The notes under the pieces are model-generated. The model was not told the DNA's origin, ran no database searches, and saw only the letters and a program-made list of their open reading frames with translations. Both the position numbers and the translations under genes were made by a program. This document shows positions 59,301-64,000 of a DNA stretch of 64,000 nucleotides, piece by piece. The DNA is from Oikopleura dioica (taxonomy: Eukaryota > Animalia > Chordata), in contig OU015567.1 of NCBI GenBank assembly GCA_907165135.1, positions 10,602,001-10,666,000 on the forward strand, written 5' to 3'. The first letter of the stretch is position 1, and every line of letters begins with the position of its first letter.

Positions 59301-62026
59301 AGAGGCGCCGCCCTGGCCCAACTGTAGCATGCATTCCTAAGTCGACGCCATAATTAATAAAAGGGCATAAAAGTTTATTGTATCAGAGTGGAAACAATCT
59401 TGGTCAAATGTTAGATGATCAAATTCTCACAAATTTCATGGAAAATTTTTAAGACGTTTGATGTGGCGATATCCTACTTTTGCAGGTTCCAACAATCTCC
59501 AAGATCTTTTCTAGTGCAGCTGGCTCACCGCTCGGGCAGCTGGGAAACACGACGCTTGTCACAAGTTGCCGAGAACAAGTTCCGCGGTCAAGCAGTAAAG
59601 CCCGCTTGCAGTGATAAGACGTTTAGATTTTATCACGCAAAGGAAGCTGGCACCTTGCCCGAAAGATGCTGGCGACTTGCAGCCTTTGCTTTTGCATTTG
59701 TCCGTAACTATCACCTTCTCAGAAACAACGACTTCCGACGATCGCGCGTCAAAGCAGCTGTATGTACTAGAAAGGTTAAGACTGATAACGGGCTCTTTTC
59801 CAATTCTATCGCAAAAATACACAATTCTTCAAAAATCCTAGGCTTTTTTTTTCATCAATCAAATTAAAAGCGTTTTAATTATTTTCATCTTTAATTGAAT
59901 CGCCCGGCATTAGATTGATCTTCTTCCCATATTGATCTCACACAGGGCTAATCCGAATTACAGCCCACGAAGAGCACAATACGGGGTCTCTGCGAGTTTT
60001 TGCATGGGTCAGTAATAATTGAGCTCGTTCTGAGCCTCTTGTTAGTCTGAGGATGATGCTTGAAATATTGGCAAGTCTTAATATTGGCAACATCTTTCAG
60101 TAAAGCTTCTTGTTAAAAGTCCGAAGATCTCGTGCGACCCTTATTTCTAGTTTTTAACGGTCTATCATTGATTGGAATGTGTAAGACATGAAAGGATTAA
60201 TGATGGGCAAATATTTGAGGTGCTGAAAAAGCGTTGTCCGGGAGGCCAGTTAACGGCTATTGTTGGCCTGGTGAAGAACAATACTGAAAAATTCGTAAAG
60301 ATCGAATAGAAAGCGCACCTGTAGGAAACGTAATAAGTGGATACGTTAAAACGTCGTAAAATTTGCGAAACGTCACAAAGGGAAAATGAAACAAGATCAA
60401 TTGACAAGTGGAAATTCCAGAGTGAACATGTCATTTTCTTTTGATGGAAAATTTTAGTTTGAAAGTTCGCTTCTCCTCCTCACTCATCCGCCAGCAGGAT
60501 TTACTAACCCATTCTTGATCCCTTTATCTGCCATCTGATATAGAAATTTTGAAAATGTTGCGGTCGGCCAGTTTCGAAAGTGTTGCCATGTCGGAAATTG
60601 AAAAGATTTTGAAGCTCGATCGCGATTGAGTTGACTTCCGGAGTAATCTTATCGCGCCAAGCACACCGAAGCACACGCTCGGTGAACCTTTCACGGGTGG
60701 TGTAAACACCAAAACTGTGATAACATCGAAAATAGCGGAACTAGAAGTTAGTAGACAAGAAAATCCTCTTATAGAAATAAACAGGGCTGAAATTAGCCAA
60801 CAGAAGTTCGGGCCGATCAATCCCTTCTAGCGCCTTTTTCTCGCCAAAATATAAGTAGAGTTTCCGATTTGGAGGAATAAATTTGGTTCTTCTGTGCAAT
60901 CAAGCTTACTGACGATAAATTTAGTAAGAGCAATTGAAAGTCCGCTAAACAGCACGGAAATTGCTCAACCTCCTTTAGAATAACATCCCTTCAGACTGTC
61001 TGCACGCTAAATCGTTCCACCTGCTCACCCTTCGATAATATGCAAAACTAGGTTCCCCAGCTGATTTTAAATATTTATCGAGTCAACTATGCCAAGCTCA
61101 GCTCGCAATTTTTCACCCGCTGAGGATGCGTGAAGATGCGGATTTCACACGCACTAGAATTTGCTCGATCCTGTGAAACCCGTTGCCGAGATGTTCAAGT
61201 TTTGATAGAGGGGGAAATTATACACTTTTGAAGAGTAAGGGTGCCAATTTCCTGCTTGACGGTTATTTTTGCAGATCACATGGGCCCTTCAAGATATTTA
61301 TATAAGCAAACATAACTATCAAAATATAAGGGCAAATTCACTATGTTTTTAGCAAAAGAAGTGGAAGCTTTCAGGGCGAAAATGAAAGAAACACTCGATA
61401 ATATGATTTTTATTTATGAAAATGATCTAGCTTTGGCTACTAATCTATTAGAACTTGAAGTAATGGCGTAAGTTAAAATAGATTATTCTGCTTTGGCGAG
61501 GATGTTGGAATGCAATTATGCACCAGGAGGTGTAACCACTAAGCAACTACGATGCCGGTGGTGCTTCGCCGCGGTGGAGGTTGTAATTGAGCAGCTACAG
61601 CTGACTTGGCCTTGCTCCAGCGAAACACCGACCGAGGTCGACCCCAATTCGAGGACGCCGCGACATTGCGGACCTGATAAGGTCCTTCCATCCTTCTAAG
61701 CTTATTATCACTTGAAAGAACGGGTGGGTGCTGGCAAAATTGGATAACGAAATGCAAGTTTTTATCGTTTCTATGATTAATTCTAATTTGATCAAACTGT
61801 ATTTGACGAATTTATTTTCCTTGAAAAACAACTAACGACTGGCACCCTTAAATTTTGAAGACGAGCAGCTGATAGTTAAAAGTCTTACAGTGCCCAAAAT
61901 AGCAGTGTGAATCAGTTGTCACTGAGAAAATTCTCACCACGCCGAAAATTTTAGGCATTACTCTATTTCTTGCAGACATTTGAAAAAGATTTTGAAGTAA
62001 GGAGATTTTTTGTAATGGAAGACAAA

Positions 62027-62392
62027 CAGAGTGTTAGAGATTTTATCCTGAACGGATTGAAGTTTTCCTTCTTTTGCATCGTCATGTCGCTTTTTGTAAT
62101 CAATTTCTGTAAGTTATGATTCTGGTTTTTCTTTAGTTACTCCTTATTGCTAGATGTTACCGTCAACCTGTGCCAGATGTACAAGAAGCAAATAGAGATG
62201 AACGAGATTTTCGTGACTTCAATCAACGAAATTGGAAACGGACTTGAAGGTGATTTGATAGGACTTTTCTTTTTACTCACATTTTCATCTCAGACCAAGC
62301 AAAGCATCTGCTCAGCGTCAACGACGTCGTCGCCAACTTTGTCAGCAAGTACAGTTCAGCACTTCAAATCTTAGAATACTGAGTATTCCAAT
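62027..62392 (+). CDS. Possible small spliced hypothetical protein
   Basis: Three short open segments with plausible GT-AG junctions; no motif. Confidence 0.25.
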
Positions 62393-63051
62393 GGGCCATT
62401 GGCATTGGCAATCCACTGCATTCTTGTTAGCCTAGCTTTTTCTCGAAATTAGACTGTTTGTTAATTATAATAAAGTCTTCAAATGATTGCTCGTGAACTG
62501 GTTATAAAAATTAAGATTATTGACGCGAGAAAGCCTAGCCCGACGGAGTTATCGTTACAAGGCTCCTGCGCTTATTAATTTGCTCCTTGAGGAGAGATCT
62601 AGAGTATGGAAGGGGTTCGCGCGAACGCAGAACCCCACTATCAGAAATTGTGACGGACACTCCACCGATTTGGCAAAGAGATACAGGTCAGCCGCGCCGG
62701 TGTGCAATGGTACGGCCTCGCCATAAGGGAACCCCCTACGTGATCGAGGTTACCCTCCGCCCAGGTAAGTATGAGTTGCATGGCGCGCACTGAAAAATCC
62801 ATTTCGACGAGCGCGCCGACTCGTTATGGTGCTTCGATCTTGGGCTTCTATCTCCGCGCGCGCCTCCGAGAGTCGTGGAAAACTTGATTTTTTGTCGTAA
62901 GTTATTAATCCATTTTTCTGCATAGAACTTGATAAAATACGTTTGAATGTTCAGTAATTGTCTACTGAAATAATGGTAGAATATCCGTTTATTTTAAAAT
63001 GTATCTGTCAGAACTTCTTTCAATATATACATTTGTAAATAGATAGGAGCT

Positions 63052-64000
63052 TTACACCTCTGATCCGTGTAGTAAAGCGCGTAATCTGGCAATTTCGGCA
63101 TCTTTGTCAGCAAGTTGCTGGGCGTTTTCGCGCTCTTTCACGGCGAGCTGCTCTTTCAGAAGTTGGTTTTCTTTGTCGAGCTCGGATATAAGCGCGTTGC
63201 GCTCGTTTAGGAGCTTCTGGAAGTCAATAGGGTCTGATTGTCGGAAACAGTTTTCGAGGAGAATTCGTTGTGCTACAATTTAAGATGTGACAGTAGTTAG
63301 GCGCTCTAGAACTTACCAGTTGGACGCAAAAGTGGATCGTAATTTATCATTGCTTCGATCGTCTCAGTCACTCTACTGGCTTTTTCCTTCTCGCAGTAGA
63401 CTGCCAAATGAGGTTGAAAATCGAGAGGCAGTTTTTCTTTTTTCCTGATAAGTTCGAAATGGCGAATTCGGTCTCCTAGCTCGCCAAGAGGATAGAAGGC
63501 TTCGAAGATTACGAATCCGGCCGAGTAAATGTCTACCAGACAGTTGTAGTCCTTTTTGTAGCGTTGTTCTGGAGCGGCGTACTGAAGAGTGCCAATTCCG
63601 CTTGATAAGGCTCGATTGGGAATCGCTACAGTCATGTCACTAAAAATAAAAATCAGGAATCAGTCTTCAAGTCAATTTTACCTGTGGTCGACTTTAGGCG
63701 GGTCGGATTGCGTTGCCAGTCCGAAATCACAGATCTGCCAGAGCTTTCTACTGTCATTCCATAAAATGTTCTCTGGTTTGATGTCGCGATGAATACAGCC
63801 TTTTTGGTGCAAATACTCAATTCCTTGAATTATATGAGTGGCGATTTCGAACGACTCCATCACGTATGCTTCTGTCTTTTGGTGAGCCTCTTCATCGGAC
63901 AAGCTAGCGATATAATTCCCGGTGATGTACTGGTTTCTAAGACAACCTTGAAGCCAAGTAAAAGAGTTTCAATCGTACCTGTCGACAAGATATCGTCGTA
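63052..64000 (-). CDS. EIF2AK1: eIF2alpha kinase, HRI-like, 3' part
   Basis: [40 protein letters not shown]-terminal coiled coil. Confidence 0.7.

Noticed and set aside
56320-62000. Scattered 60-150 aa ORFs upstream of Eph
   Set aside because: No motifs; consistent with non-coding regulatory DNA, though small exons cannot be excluded
62520-62860. GC-richer segment with two overlapping short ORFs
   Set aside because: No TIR, TSD or protein motif found to support a mobile element or gene

Overview
Compact eukaryotic DNA with many 39-45 nt spliceosomal introns, some with non-canonical GA-AG/GG-AG ends; this suggests a larvacean tunicate such as Oikopleura (inference). The main feature is an apparently complete 33.1 kb Polinton/Maverick (virus-like DNA transposon) at 8046-41154. 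It has AGTAGT...ACTACT termini, ~56 bp terminal inverted repeats and a perfect 6 bp target-site duplication (CTCGAC). Protein-primed PolB, integrase, packaging ATPase and adenain-like protease all splice into open frames through host-style introns; the candidate major capsid ORF is intronless. The element sits immediately before the stop codon of a divergent histone H3 gene: the TAA and a histone 3' stem-loop lie 33 kb away on the right flank. Its right arm (~31.6-40.45 kb) carries intron-containing, partly decayed host gene fragments (GGA, INTS4, PSMC6, OGDH, an RS-rich protein), including an in-frame INTS4-GGA junction, around an intact SAP-TPR gene. Flanking host genes: RING-H2 end, Cys-rich secreted protein, bHLH, secreted protein, ZASP-motif protein, small membrane protein, Eph receptor and an HRI-like eIF2alpha kinase. 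All exon models and homologies were read by eye; no database searches were run.
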